From: Candidatus Nomurabacteria bacterium
GTDB lineage: Bacteria > Patescibacteriota > Minisyncoccia > Phycocordibacterales > UBA9973
Assembly (NCBI GenBank): GCA_026396065.1
Contig: JAPLXO010000008.1
Span: 1,056-65,055 of the forward strand
DNA length: 64,000 nt
Direction of reading: 5' to 3'
Shown here piece by piece: positions 39,785 to 49,983 of this stretch (positions are counted from its first letter, which is position 1; each line of letters starts with the position of its first letter). The notes below the pieces were generated by a model, which ran no database searches, was not told where the DNA came from, and saw only the letters and a program-made list of their open reading frames with translations. The position numbers and the translations under genes were made by a program.

Positions 39785-41776
39785 TTATACGCTTAATATG
39801 ACAGGTATTACAAGTGGTCGTTTTGCTGTTTTTTGAAATAAAAATTTCGAAACACTATCACCAAGGTTATTTTTTATTAAGTCAAAATCCACCATTTGCA
39901 TATTTGTAGTATTATCTTCTATTGTTTTTTTAATAATTACACGGCAAGCACGAAGTAATTCCTGATTTTCTTTTAAATATACAAAACCACGAGATATTAA
40001 GTCTGGAGACTTTTTTAATTTACCAGTATTTTGATCTACAACAGCGATAATAACAAACATTCCATCCTGCGCGAGCATTTGACGGTCTTTTATTACTACA
40101 TCTTGCACATCACTTACAGAGCTACCATCCACCATCATTGGAGAAGAAGGCGCTTTTTCTTTTCGAGCAAAAATTTTATCTCCTTCAGCAGAAATTTCTA
40201 TAATAGATCCATTGTCTGGTACAACTATATGATCTTCAGACATACCCATATCAGTAGCTAAGAGTTTATGAAGTTCAAGCATGAAATGATTTCCGTGTAT
40301 TGGAACAAAGAATTTTGGATGAGTTTTTGCATGAAGCCACTTTATATCTTCTTTGTTTCCATGACCTGTGGCGTGAACAAAATCTTCTCCTGGTGTTCTA
40401 TAACTAATTATTTTTACTCCTTGACGAGACAATGCGTCCTTCATTTTTTGCATTTGTCTTTCATTACCAGGAACAATAGATGCAGAAATAATAATCGTGT
40501 CTCCAGCTTTTAGAATAAATTTTTTGTCTGTTTTATTTGCAGCACGATTTAATCCTGAAAATTCCTCTCCTTGTCCACCTGTTGTTAAAATAACAATTTT
40601 ACTAGATGGATAATTATCTACTTCTTCCATTCCAATAATTGTTCCTTTTTTTGGTTTATAAAGTCCAGCTTCAAAGGCTACTTCCATGTTTGTCTTCATA
40701 CTTCGTCCATTTAGAACTATTTTCTTACCTAGATTTTCAGCTATTTGAATAACTTTGATTAAACGACTAATATGTGAAGCAAAAGCAGCAATAATAATTT
40801 TTCCAGAGATTTTTTTTATCAAATTTTCTAAACCTTGATGTACTTTTATTTCAGGAAGAGCAAAACCTTCGTTTTCTATATTTGTAGAGTCTGTCATTAA
40901 AAGCAAAACTTTTGCTTTATCAAAAATACTATATTCTTTTTCTTCTTCATCAGATACTATTCCGTCGACTTGGTCGAGTTTATAGTCACCAGGATTTACA
41001 ATCCAACCATGTTGAGTTTCGATTATTATACCCATAGAATCTGGAATAGTATGAGTGACACCAAAGAACCTTATTCGCATGTTTCCAAGAGTGACTACTT
41101 CATCTGTTTCCACTGTCACTGTTTTCATTTCTGGTAGGTGAGGGAATTCAGTCGCTCTTTTTTTCATCATTAAGATTGAAAGATTACGAGAGTAGACTGG
41201 TGGATTACCGATACGAGATAATACTAAAGGTACACCACCAATGTGGTCTAAGTGCCCGTGAGTGATAAATAAAGCACGAATTTTATCTTTTCTTTCTTCT
41301 AAATATGTAGTATTTGGAATAACATAATCTACTCCTGGTGTTTCTTCTGTCGAGAAGTGCATACCAGCATCGATGACGATAATATCATTACCGATCTCGA
41401 TTGCTGTCATATTTTTTCCAATTTCTTCTACACCACCTAGAGGAATAATACGAATATTTCCTGTTGGTAATTCTGGAATTTTTGTAATTGTATTTCTTGA
41501 TACAAAAGGTTTACTATTGTTTACACTTCCAATAGGGGAACGTCGTCCTTTTCCAAATTTTGAATATTGAAAAGTTGAGCTTTTTGTAGTTCTTTTTTCA
41601 TTGTGATGTGTAGTGTGGGCATGTTGACGAATTGGCGCATGAGCTCCATGCGTGTGTGTGATTTGTATATTTGAACGCTGATGGTGTACTGTATTTGTAG
41701 TTTTTGCTGATTGATTTTCTTCTTTTTTCTTTTCTATACTTATTTCGCTAAAAGATAGTCTGTTTTTTCTTTTCAT
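39785..41776 (-). CDS. rnj: ribonuclease J with His-rich low-complexity N-terminal extension
   Basis: Metallo-beta-lactamase motif FITHGHLDHIGG, beta-CASP and C-terminal domains; N-terminal ~100 aa His/Thr-rich. Confidence 0.8.
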   Translation of the reverse strand: MKRKNRLSFSEISIEKKKEENQSAKTTNTVHHQRSNIQITHTHGAHAPIRQHAHTTHHNEKRTTKSSTFQYSKFGKGRRSPIGSVNNSKPFVSRNTITKIPELPTGNIRIIPLGGVEEIGKNMTAIEIGNDIIVIDAGMHFSTEETPGVDYVIPNTTYLEERKDKIRALFITHGHLDHIGGVPLVLSRIGNPPVYSRNLSILMMKKRATEFPHLPEMKTVTVETDEVVTLGNMRIRFFGVTHTIPDSMGIIIETQHGWIVNPGDYKLDQVDGIVSDEEEKEYSIFDKAKVLLLMTDSTNIENEGFALPEIKVHQGLENLIKKISGKIIIAAFASHISRLIKVIQIAENLGKKIVLNGRSMKTNMEVAFEAGLYKPKKGTIIGMEEVDNYPSSKIVILTTGGQGEEFSGLNRAANKTDKKFILKAGDTIIISASIVPGNERQMQKMKDALSRQGVKIISYRTPGEDFVHATGHGNKEDIKWLHAKTHPKFFVPIHGNHFMLELHKLLATDMGMSEDHIVVPDNGSIIEISAEGDKIFARKEKAPSSPMMVDGSSVSDVQDVVIKDRQMLAQDGMFVIIAVVDQNTGKLKKSPDLISRGFVYLKENQELLRACRVIIKKTIEDNTTNMQMVDFDLIKNNLGDSVSKFLFQKTAKRPLVIPVILSV

Positions 41777-41788
41777 AGTTTTTTGTTT

Positions 41789-43564
41789 TTATTTAATAAA
41801 AATTCTCCATATTTTGTCTTTTAAGATTGACCAATTATATACATTAAGAAAACGATCTCCAGGTGAAGTGATATGGTCAATATTTAAACCATATAAATTT
41901 TTATCTACTACATAAATAAAATTTGGGCTATAAATAAAAACTGCTGGCATATCTTGTCTTATTTGATCTTCAAATTGGGCATATTTTTTTATTCTACTTT
42001 TTTCATCTACTGTGACCAATGCATCTTCTAAGATTTTATCTACTTTTGGATTTGTATATATTGCTACATTTAGTCCTGGGTCTTTTCTTTGTGAAGAGTG
42101 CCAAAAAGCAAATAGGTCAGATTCGTGAGAAATAATTTCTCCAAATAAAAGAGCGTCATATTTTCTTGGGCGAATTACTGCTTGGTTTAAGTTTCCAATT
42201 TCAAAAGTTTTTACATCTATTTTCATACCTATGCTTTCCAAATCATTTTTAATTAAATTTGCTGTTTCAGATAATGCTGGAGCATTTCCAGTAGAAATAG
42301 AAAATTCTAATTTAGCTGTCGTTTTATTATTTTTCTTCTTTTTTTTATCTATAGATACTTTTTCTAAAATACCATCAGCTCCTTTTGTCCAGCCACCATT
42401 TTTTAATATTTGATATGCTTTTTCTAAATTGTCCTCATGTGATGTTTTTGTATCAGACAATATTCTTTGATAAGCTACCATGTTTGGTGGTATTGGATCA
42501 TCTATAACTAAGCCATATCCTTTCAATACTTCTTTAATTATAAATTCTTTATTTATTGCCTGATCTATCGCTTTTATTACATTTTTATCAGTAAAAATAT
42601 TATTTTGATTTTGATTAAAAAATAATCCAAACACTCTAGGTAATACTGAAGTTTCTATATTATAACCTTCATTTTTTAATTTTTCTGCATTTTCTGGAGT
42701 GATAGAACTCATTTGGTCAATTTCATTATTTTGCAATGCATTTAAAAGATCTTCCTCGTTTGGATAAAAGTGCATAGTAATTTTATCTAAATACGGTTTA
42801 CCTAAAGCAAATTTTTTAAAAGATATAAGATCATAGTAATTTATAATTCCAGAAGTTCCTTTTTTAGTACCAGACACTTGGTATGGGCCAGATCCAATAG
42901 GATTTATGTTATAGCTTGAAAGTTCTATTGGGCCATTTCCCCACAAAGAAGCTGGCATTATTCCGATCGTAGCATTTTCTAAAAAAGAAGCGTAAGGTTG
43001 TTTTAAAGTAAACACTAAAGTTTTTTCATCTTGTTTTTCTACGTTTACACCATCCCAATTTCCTTTAATTGGACTTTTTATTATTGGGTCTTTTGCTTCT
43101 TTTATTGTAAAAATAATATCGTCTGCTGTTACTGGTGTGCCATTTGAAAAATAAATATTATCTTTTAGTATAAATGTATAACTAAGCCCATCTTCAGAAA
43201 TTTGAAAACTTTTTGCTAAATCGGGTATTAGTGTACCATCTCCAGATTTTCTCATGAGCCCAGAATAAACAAGTGAAGTTAAATCACGATCTGCATCAGA
43301 TAGAGCTAAAATAGGATTTATAAATCTTGGTGTGCCTACTACGCCTTCAGAAAGACTTCCTCCACGCATAGGTACCTCTACCATAAATTGCTGATTTATG
43401 TTTTCTAAAATTACTATTGTTGTTAGTAAAAGAACAAAACAAAATCCAAAAAAGATTAAACGTTCCTTTTTTTCGAATGAAGAAATTGCCATCATTGTTT
43501 CTTTTTTGGATGGCAATTTAGCGGTATTTATTAGCTGGCGTATACGCCTATAAAGATTTTCCAT
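41789..43564 (-). CDS. ABC transporter substrate-binding protein, family 5 (oligopeptide-binding-like), membrane-anchored
   Basis: SBP_bac_5-like length and blocks (LVYSGLMR, GTPVTADDI); N-terminal TM. Confidence 0.65.
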   Translation of the reverse strand: MENLYRRIRQLINTAKLPSKKETMMAISSFEKKERLIFFGFCFVLLLTTIVILENINQQFMVEVPMRGGSLSEGVVGTPRFINPILALSDADRDLTSLVYSGLMRKSGDGTLIPDLAKSFQISEDGLSYTFILKDNIYFSNGTPVTADDIIFTIKEAKDPIIKSPIKGNWDGVNVEKQDEKTLVFTLKQPYASFLENATIGIMPASLWGNGPIELSSYNINPIGSGPYQVSGTKKGTSGIINYYDLISFKKFALGKPYLDKITMHFYPNEEDLLNALQNNEIDQMSSITPENAEKLKNEGYNIETSVLPRVFGLFFNQNQNNIFTDKNVIKAIDQAINKEFIIKEVLKGYGLVIDDPIPPNMVAYQRILSDTKTSHEDNLEKAYQILKNGGWTKGADGILEKVSIDKKKKKNNKTTAKLEFSISTGNAPALSETANLIKNDLESIGMKIDVKTFEIGNLNQAVIRPRKYDALLFGEIISHESDLFAFWHSSQRKDPGLNVAIYTNPKVDKILEDALVTVDEKSRIKKYAQFEDQIRQDMPAVFIYSPNFIYVVDKNLYGLNIDHITSPGDRFLNVYNWSILKDKIWRIFIK

Positions 43565-43623
43565 AAATTAAAAAATAGAATACAAAAACAAAATAATAGC
43601 AAAAGACAATAGCGTAAAAAGAA

Positions 43624-43866
43624 TTAACTCTTTGCTTTTATAATTATAGCGAGTAGAGCTAAAACTGCAAGTAAAATTCCAAGTACAATTGAAAGGATAA
43701 AAAGAAACTTTTCGAAACCTCGGCGAGTGTGATGGAAGCTTCCTCCTTCTCCACCTCCAAGTGCACCACCAACACCAGCATCTGATTGCTGTAGTAATAT
43801 TGCTGTAATTAATACTATTGAGACTATTATCTCCGCGTAGGGAAGAATCTTAGTTATTGTCTGCAT
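43624..43866 (-). CDS. secG: preprotein translocase subunit SecG
   Basis: 80 aa, 2 TM, LLQQSDAGVGGALGGG glycine-rich loop. Confidence 0.7.
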   Translation of the reverse strand: MQTITKILPYAEIIVSIVLITAILLQQSDAGVGGALGGGEGGSFHHTRRGFEKFLFILSIVLGILLAVLALLAIIIKAKS

Positions 43867-43900
43867 TTAGCTATTATTGCATAAAGAAGCTCCAAATGCA

Positions 43901-43948
43901 ACCTCACCCCTAGCCCCTCTCCAAAATTTGGGGATTTTAGAGAGGGGA
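43901..43948 (+). repeat. GC-rich hairpin repeat, copy 2
   Basis: acctcacccctagcccctctcc...agagggg. Confidence 0.6.
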
Positions 43949-44015
43949 ATATGGTACTTGACGTCTAAAGAGAGAGAGTATTATTTGTGTATTAACAATA
44001 ATATAATAAAAATAT

Positions 44016-44261
44016 ATGGCTGATCCAAAACCAAATTTTAGCGAAGATCATATTTCCGGAGAGGAGCAAATACAAAAATGCTTATTAGAAAAGAGAATAG
44101 GGTTTGATGAAATTTCTATAATTACACTACAAAATTTAATTCAGAAAGCGCCAAAAGGAGAAACTTTCATTGTTCCTAGTGATATGAAAAAGCATCTTTA
44201 TACAGATTGTGCTCAAAGAACAGAAAGAAAAGACTTAAAATTTGTTGTTGAGAGTAAGTAA
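44016..44261 (+). CDS. hypothetical small protein
   Basis: 81-aa ORF followed by terminator hairpin ggacactcggtgtcc. Confidence 0.4.
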   Translation: MADPKPNFSEDHISGEEQIQKCLLEKRIGFDEISIITLQNLIQKAPKGETFIVPSDMKKHLYTDCAQRTERKDLKFVVESK

Positions 44262-44389
44262 TAATTTAGATTACTTTGAAAATAGTGGACACTCGGTGTC
44301 CGCTATTTAGTTTTTACTTTTTTTGCGATACTGTCTTTCATAAATTTCTTATGTCCATTTCCTTTGAATTGTTCCTAATTATTTTATGT

Positions 44390-44438
44390 TCCCCTCTCTA
44401 TTTTCGTAAAATGGAGAGGGGATTAAGGGGTGAGGGGA
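44390..44438 (-). repeat. GC-rich hairpin repeat, copy 3 (inverted)
   Basis: Reverse complement reads cccctcaccccttaatcccctctcc....gagagggg. Confidence 0.6.
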
Positions 44439-44452
44439 ATTATTGGAATTAA

Positions 44453-45502
44453 TTGGAGGGGCGGGTTTTGTATTGCATTTATCTACACAGGGTTTATAAT
44501 AAAAAAATGAAAAATCAAACAACAATGTTGGGCTTGTTCGAAAAATTATTCCATAACTTTAACGCTCGCGCTATGAAAGACGCGACACTATCTTATAAGA
44601 AGCATTTAGATGAAGGAGGCAAAATGATGCTCGCGATGGGAGGCGCTATGTCTTCTGCACAAATGGGTATCACTCTCGCTCCGATGATAAAGAATGAAAA
44701 AATTCATGCTGTATCTTGCACAGGTGCAAACCTAGAAGAATCAGTTTTTCGTCTCGTAGCTCACGATAGTTACAAAGATTATCCTGACTACAGATATTTT
44801 ACAAAAGAAGATGATGAAGCAATTTTAAATAGAGGAGAAAGAAGAGTTACAGACACTAGTATTCCAGAAGAAGAAGCTTTCCGTGTCATGGAACCTATCA
44901 TATTGAAATATTGGAAAGAAGCACAAGAAAAAGGTGAGAGATATTTCCCTCATGAATATTTTTATAAAGTTCTTTTATCGGATGAATTAAATGGAAAATA
45001 CGAAGGCAATCCAGAAGCTTGCTGGCTTCTCGAAGCTGCAAAGAAAAATTTACCAATAGTTGTACCAGGATGGGAAGACTCAACACTCGGAAATATTTTC
45101 GCTGGTTACTGTAAAGCAGGAGAACTCAATCCTTCTATTATGAAGTCTGGAGTAGAATACATGATGTATCTCTACGATCAATACAAAGAATTATCTAAAG
45201 GTGGTCCTGGAATTGGATTCTTCCAAATCGGTGGAGGTATCTCCGGAGATTTCCCTATATGCGTAGTGCCATCTATAAAATACGATCTAAAAGAAGAAGT
45301 TCGCCCTTGGGGATATTTCTGCCAAATCTCAGACTCTACTACTTCATATGGTTCATATTCAGGTGCGACACCAAATGAAAAAATAACTTGGGACAAACTC
45401 ACAAAACACACACCAATGTTCGTAATAGAATCAGACGCTACAATCGTCGCTCCATTTATTTTTGAAGCGATACTTAATAGATACGATATTTCTGAAAAAT
45501 AA
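44453..45502 (+). CDS. deoxyhypusine synthase-like protein
   Basis: DHS-like NAD-binding blocks (MLAMGGAMSSAQ, HAVSCTGANLEE, VPGWEDSTLGN, QIGGGISGDFP). Confidence 0.55.
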   Translation: MEGRVLYCIYLHRVYNKKMKNQTTMLGLFEKLFHNFNARAMKDATLSYKKHLDEGGKMMLAMGGAMSSAQMGITLAPMIKNEKIHAVSCTGANLEESVFRLVAHDSYKDYPDYRYFTKEDDEAILNRGERRVTDTSIPEEEAFRVMEPIILKYWKEAQEKGERYFPHEYFYKVLLSDELNGKYEGNPEACWLLEAAKKNLPIVVPGWEDSTLGNIFAGYCKAGELNPSIMKSGVEYMMYLYDQYKELSKGGPGIGFFQIGGGISGDFPICVVPSIKYDLKEEVRPWGYFCQISDSTTSYGSYSGATPNEKITWDKLTKHTPMFVIESDATIVAPFIFEAILNRYDISEK

Positions 45503-45504
45503 TA

Positions 45505-46446
45505 ATGTCTAATATAAAAACAGCTGAATTTGTGAGTCCGAAACATCCGGATAAGATTTGCGACTTTATCGCAGATAGTATTTTAGATGCTTATTTAGCA
45601 GGTGACATAGAAAGCCGCGTTGCTATTGAAGTGATGGGTGGACATAAATTAATTACAATAAATGGAGAAGTCACATCTATCGCAAAACCAGATATAGAGA
45701 GTTTAGTAAAAAATATTGTAGGTAGCGATTATAAAGTAATTATAAATATTGCACTTCAAAGTAATGAAATTGCACAAGGTGTAGATACCGGTGGAGCAGG
45801 TGATCAGGGAATAATGAAAGGTTATGCTACTGATGAGACGCCAGAATTTTTACCACTTGAATATACTCTTGCCAGACATCTTTGTGAAAAGATTTATGCT
45901 GTTTATCCTTTTGATGGAAAAACTCAAGTGACTATAGAAGATGGTGTTGTCACTACAGTAGTCGTAAGTTTTCAAAATTCAAAAAATATTGATTTATTAC
46001 CTTTTGTAAAAAATCTAATTACAGCCAAAGAATACCTGATCAATCCAGCAGGTGAATGGGTTCAAGGTGGTTTTGATGCTGATACAGGACTTTCTGGAAG
46101 AAAATTAATTGTGGATAATTATGGTCCCGAAATTCCAATTGGTGGAGGATCTTTTTCTGGAAAAGATTATACAAAAGTAGATCGCTCTGGTGCATATATG
46201 GCAAGACGAATAGCAGTAGATCTTTTAAAAAATAGAAATGCAAAAACAGTTTATACAAAACTCGCTTATGCTATTGGTAAAAAAGAACCAGTCATGGCTG
46301 TATCAGTAATTGATGGTAAAGAAGAAGATATTATTGATTATGATCTTACTCCAAAAGGTATTCGAGAATTTCTAAAATTAGATAAAGTAAAATATTCAGA
46401 TACTTGCACTTGGGGCCACTTTGGGCACGATTTTCCTTGGATGTAA
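45505..46446 (+). CDS. metK: S-adenosylmethionine synthetase (short form)
   Basis: EFVSPKHPDKICD, GAGDQG, GRKLIVDNYG, GGGSFSGKDYTKVDRSGAY. Confidence 0.8.
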   Translation: MSNIKTAEFVSPKHPDKICDFIADSILDAYLAGDIESRVAIEVMGGHKLITINGEVTSIAKPDIESLVKNIVGSDYKVIINIALQSNEIAQGVDTGGAGDQGIMKGYATDETPEFLPLEYTLARHLCEKIYAVYPFDGKTQVTIEDGVVTTVVVSFQNSKNIDLLPFVKNLITAKEYLINPAGEWVQGGFDADTGLSGRKLIVDNYGPEIPIGGGSFSGKDYTKVDRSGAYMARRIAVDLLKNRNAKTVYTKLAYAIGKKEPVMAVSVIDGKEEDIIDYDLTPKGIREFLKLDKVKYSDTCTWGHFGHDFPWM

Positions 46447-46476
46447 ATTTTCTAAAAAATTTGTTATAATATCGTT

Positions 46477-47013
46477 ATGCGAATGACTATAGAAAACGAG
46501 GAAATAGATAATATTTTAAGTGAGGTTTATACTGAACATAAAGAACAGCATGCTGATAGATATATTGATCATTATTTAGAACAGTATCGTATTTATTTAC
46601 ACATTTTCAATGGTTTGAGTGAACGTAGACAAAAAGCCAATGAATTTTTTCTTGGGCTAAATACAGCTATTATGGCTATCATGGGTTATATAGAAACCAA
46701 AGAAGTTGTGCATATTTCAGCTATTTTTATACTCGTACCATTTGTAGGTATTGCTATTTGTTATTGTTGGTATCAAATGATACTTTCTTTTCGTCAGCTC
46801 AATCGTGCAAAATTCAAAGTAATTCATTCGATGGAAAAAAAATTACCAGCTTCACTCTTTGGTGCTGAATGGAAACTCCTAGGTGAAGGGAAAGATGATA
46901 CTAAATATATTCCTCTTTCAAGACTAGAGAAAAGAATTCCAATTATTTTTATAATTTTATATTTAATACTTTTCTTTATTAATTCTCCAATAGCTTCTTT
47001 CTTTCATTTTTAA
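46477..47013 (+). CDS. hypothetical membrane protein
   Basis: ORF with 3 TM helices. Confidence 0.45.
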   Translation: MRMTIENEEIDNILSEVYTEHKEQHADRYIDHYLEQYRIYLHIFNGLSERRQKANEFFLGLNTAIMAIMGYIETKEVVHISAIFILVPFVGIAICYCWYQMILSFRQLNRAKFKVIHSMEKKLPASLFGAEWKLLGEGKDDTKYIPLSRLEKRIPIIFIILYLILFFINSPIASFFHF

Positions 47014-47019
47014 TTTGTT

Positions 47020-48393
47020 ATGACTCAAAATGAAGCACTTAATATTTTAAAGACTGGTGCTAGTGTTTTTCTTACGGGTGAACCTGGGGCAGGAAAGAGT
47101 TATACCATAAATAGTTTCGTTTCATATTTACGTGAGCATGAGATTGAGCCAGCCATCACAGCGTCAACAGGTATAGCTGCCACACATATAGGTGGTATGA
47201 CGATACATTCTTGGAGTGGTATTGGTATTAAAGATGTTTTGACTCCGTATGATTTAGATAAAATTGCTAGTAGTGAATACGTGCACCGCAGAATTAAAAA
47301 AACAAAAGTTCTCATTATTGATGAAATTTCAATGCTTCGTGCAGATACACTAGACATGGTAGATGCGGTTTGTAGGGAAATAAAGCAGACCAGCGAAGCT
47401 TTTGGTGGAATACAGGTCATCCTCGTCGGAGATTTTTTTCAGCTTCCACCAATTTTTAAAAGGGAAATAAAAGAAAAACAAACACAATTAATAGAAGAAC
47501 AAAAAGCGCATTTTGCTTATCAATCAAACTCTTGGAAAAGATTGAAACCAGTCGTGTGTTATATTTCAGAGCAACACCGCCAAGATGACAGCGCCTTTCT
47601 AGAATTACTTTCTGCAATTCGCACAGACACGGTAGAAGAAGAACATTATGAATATATGAAAGAGCGATTCATAGAGCCTACGGAGATTCCAGAAAATACT
47701 ACGAAATTATATTCGCACAATTTAAATGTCGATAAAGTGAATGAAGAAATGCTCGGCAAAATTGTAGACGAAGAAGAAATACCATTCCTTATGGATAGTG
47801 ATGGCAATGAAGCACTCGTGACAATGCTAAAGAAGGGATGCCTTTCACCAGAGACTTTGCTTTTAAAAAAAGGTGCAGTAGTGATGTGTACAAAAAATAA
47901 TCCAAAAGAAAGATTTGTAAATGGCACGCTCGGTATTGTAGAAGATTTCGATTCTTATACAGGAAATCCGATTATTAGAACTAGGAGTGGTAAGACTATA
48001 GAAGTCGCTCCGATGGAATGGGTGGTAGAAGAAAATGGAAAAGTAAAAGCCATGATCGCCCAAATTCCACTTCGCCTAGCTTGGGCTGTGACTATACACA
48101 AAAGCCAAGGGATGAGTATGGATGCTGCTGTAATGGATCTATCAAATGTATTTGAATATGGGCAAGGGTACGTGGCACTATCTCGCGTGCGCAGGCTTTC
48201 AGGATTATACCTTCTCGGTATCAATCATCAAGCATTAAAAGTGCATCCGCTTATTTTAGAGCAAGATAAAATTTTCAGAAAAGAATCCGACAGTGCTGAA
48301 AAGACCTTTGGTAAATTATCAAAAACCGAGCTTAATAAAATGCATAAAAACTTCGTCGTTGCATTGGGCGGGGAGTGGAAAGACAAGAAATAA
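47020..48393 (+). CDS. PIF1/RecD-family SF1 DNA helicase
   Basis: Walker A TGEPGAGKSY, LIIDEISM, ILVGDFFQLPP, C-terminal QGMS...ALSRV block. Confidence 0.8.
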   Translation: MTQNEALNILKTGASVFLTGEPGAGKSYTINSFVSYLREHEIEPAITASTGIAATHIGGMTIHSWSGIGIKDVLTPYDLDKIASSEYVHRRIKKTKVLIIDEISMLRADTLDMVDAVCREIKQTSEAFGGIQVILVGDFFQLPPIFKREIKEKQTQLIEEQKAHFAYQSNSWKRLKPVVCYISEQHRQDDSAFLELLSAIRTDTVEEEHYEYMKERFIEPTEIPENTTKLYSHNLNVDKVNEEMLGKIVDEEEIPFLMDSDGNEALVTMLKKGCLSPETLLLKKGAVVMCTKNNPKERFVNGTLGIVEDFDSYTGNPIIRTRSGKTIEVAPMEWVVEENGKVKAMIAQIPLRLAWAVTIHKSQGMSMDAAVMDLSNVFEYGQGYVALSRVRRLSGLYLLGINHQALKVHPLILEQDKIFRKESDSAEKTFGKLSKTELNKMHKNFVVALGGEWKDKK

Positions 48394-48413
48394 AAAAATG
48401 CTATAATGTGCAT

Positions 48414-49226
48414 ATGGATGAATCAAAACAATTTTCATATTCTAGAGAAGATAAACGCCCAGATTTATCTCTCGAGCAAAAATATGTAAAAAATAAAGTA
48501 AAAGAATTGGGTGAAATCTTAAGCAAAAATAGTGTTATTGCTGTTGCTTGGGATTCACAAAAAAGTTTTTCTTACAGAGTCTTTGAAAGACAACGAACAA
48601 GAGAAATAAGTAAACTTGAAAAATTTAAAGCAGAATGGAAAAACGAAAACATTTTTGATCAAGACGGAGACCTTGTTTTTTCTGGAACTGATTCTGAAAA
48701 AGAGAGGACTAAAAAACAAAAAGAAATAAATCGATATCAAAGATTTTTAGAAAGAGAAAAAGAAGAATTAAAGAATATTGCTATTGCAGATAATGGTGAG
48801 AACTCATTAAAAAATAATGAAATAGTATATGCTTCATACATAAATGATGCTTTTGTATTTTCTCCTCCAAAAAAATTAGTAGATGGCAAATTATCTGAAA
48901 AAAACAAAGAAGATAGTATTGGTAATATACCTATAGATGGTGGAATACAAAGCCAACACAGAATATATGATAATAAATTTAATCTTATTTACGATAGTAC
49001 TGATCCAGTAAATTTCTTAATTTCAGATGAAATTGATAGATTTATTCCAAAAATAATTCCTGAAGACTTTGATGAATTTAGTGATTTTGAATTGGAAGAC
49101 AAACTAGAGGAAGATTTAGTAAATGGATCAGTCGAAGATTATGAAGAAGCGGCTAAAATTAGAGATGAATTAACCTCACGAAAAGTCTTAAAAACAGCAG
49201 AGAAGCTTTTAAATAAAAAACAATAA
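48414..49226 (+). CDS. hypothetical acidic protein with C-terminal UVR motif
   Basis: EDYEEAAKIRDEL UvrB/UvrC-type motif; TATAAT box at 48402-48407. Confidence 0.5.
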   Translation: MDESKQFSYSREDKRPDLSLEQKYVKNKVKELGEILSKNSVIAVAWDSQKSFSYRVFERQRTREISKLEKFKAEWKNENIFDQDGDLVFSGTDSEKERTKKQKEINRYQRFLEREKEELKNIAIADNGENSLKNNEIVYASYINDAFVFSPPKKLVDGKLSEKNKEDSIGNIPIDGGIQSQHRIYDNKFNLIYDSTDPVNFLISDEIDRFIPKIIPEDFDEFSDFELEDKLEEDLVNGSVEDYEEAAKIRDELTSRKVLKTAEKLLNKKQ

Positions 49227-49292
49227 TATACAAAAAAATAAGGAGTCCTGAAAAAATCAGTACTCCTTATTTTGTAATTTTGATTTCCTACT

Positions 49293-49829
49293 TTAAGAAT
49301 AGTAGGTTTTTCCAGACGAAAAGTTATCTTCGATGCTTATCATTTGATAGCACCAACTGTAGGCACCTTCACCTTTGTTTTCATCGTCATCTTCAATTTT
49401 TTTGAAGTTGTTCACATTGTCTTGTATAAAACTCAACAAGTGTGCCATTTCAATGATTTCAGGTTGCTCGAATGGAATGTCCAACAGTACATTCGCAGCT
49501 AAATTCCCAATATTGTAGTCCAATTTTTTTTCCAAGTTTCCAGTACCGCTCAATTTTTGCTTTAAAATGTTTTTGAGAATTTCACTAGGACCAAATTCTG
49601 GTGATGTGATTATTCCCCAAACATTCATCTCTGGAACAATTGAATTTTCCAATTTGGAAAGCATAATGTCAACTTGATGACAAGTGCTATTTACTACTTT
49701 TTTGGCATTAAAAATACCAATTTCTACCGATAATACATTATCTGTTTTTCTTATTAAAGAGATAACGCATACATAATTACCAGCTCCCAAGTGTGTTAGG
49801 GATGCCAGAAGGGTTCTTACATTTTTCAT
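49293..49829 (-). CDS. hypothetical protein
   Basis: 178-aa ORF convergent with the previous gene; no motif recognised. Confidence 0.45.
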   Translation of the reverse strand: MKNVRTLLASLTHLGAGNYVCVISLIRKTDNVLSVEIGIFNAKKVVNSTCHQVDIMLSKLENSIVPEMNVWGIITSPEFGPSEILKNILKQKLSGTGNLEKKLDYNIGNLAANVLLDIPFEQPEIIEMAHLLSFIQDNVNNFKKIEDDDENKGEGAYSWCYQMISIEDNFSSGKTYYS

Positions 49830-49983
49830 TTTTCGAGTTATTTATTTAGTTAATGTTTAGAAAATCTCTTTAATTTTTAATATCAAAGAGCAATTATTAA
49901 TTACCTATAGCATACTACTTTTAAAAATCTAGTCAAGCTTAATAGTTTGTAATTTTTATTTAAAAATATGATAAAATAGATTT

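Noticed and set aside
44453-45502. SAM riboswitch upstream of metK
   Set aside because: metK starts 3 nt after the upstream DHS-like gene. There is no leader long enough for a riboswitch.
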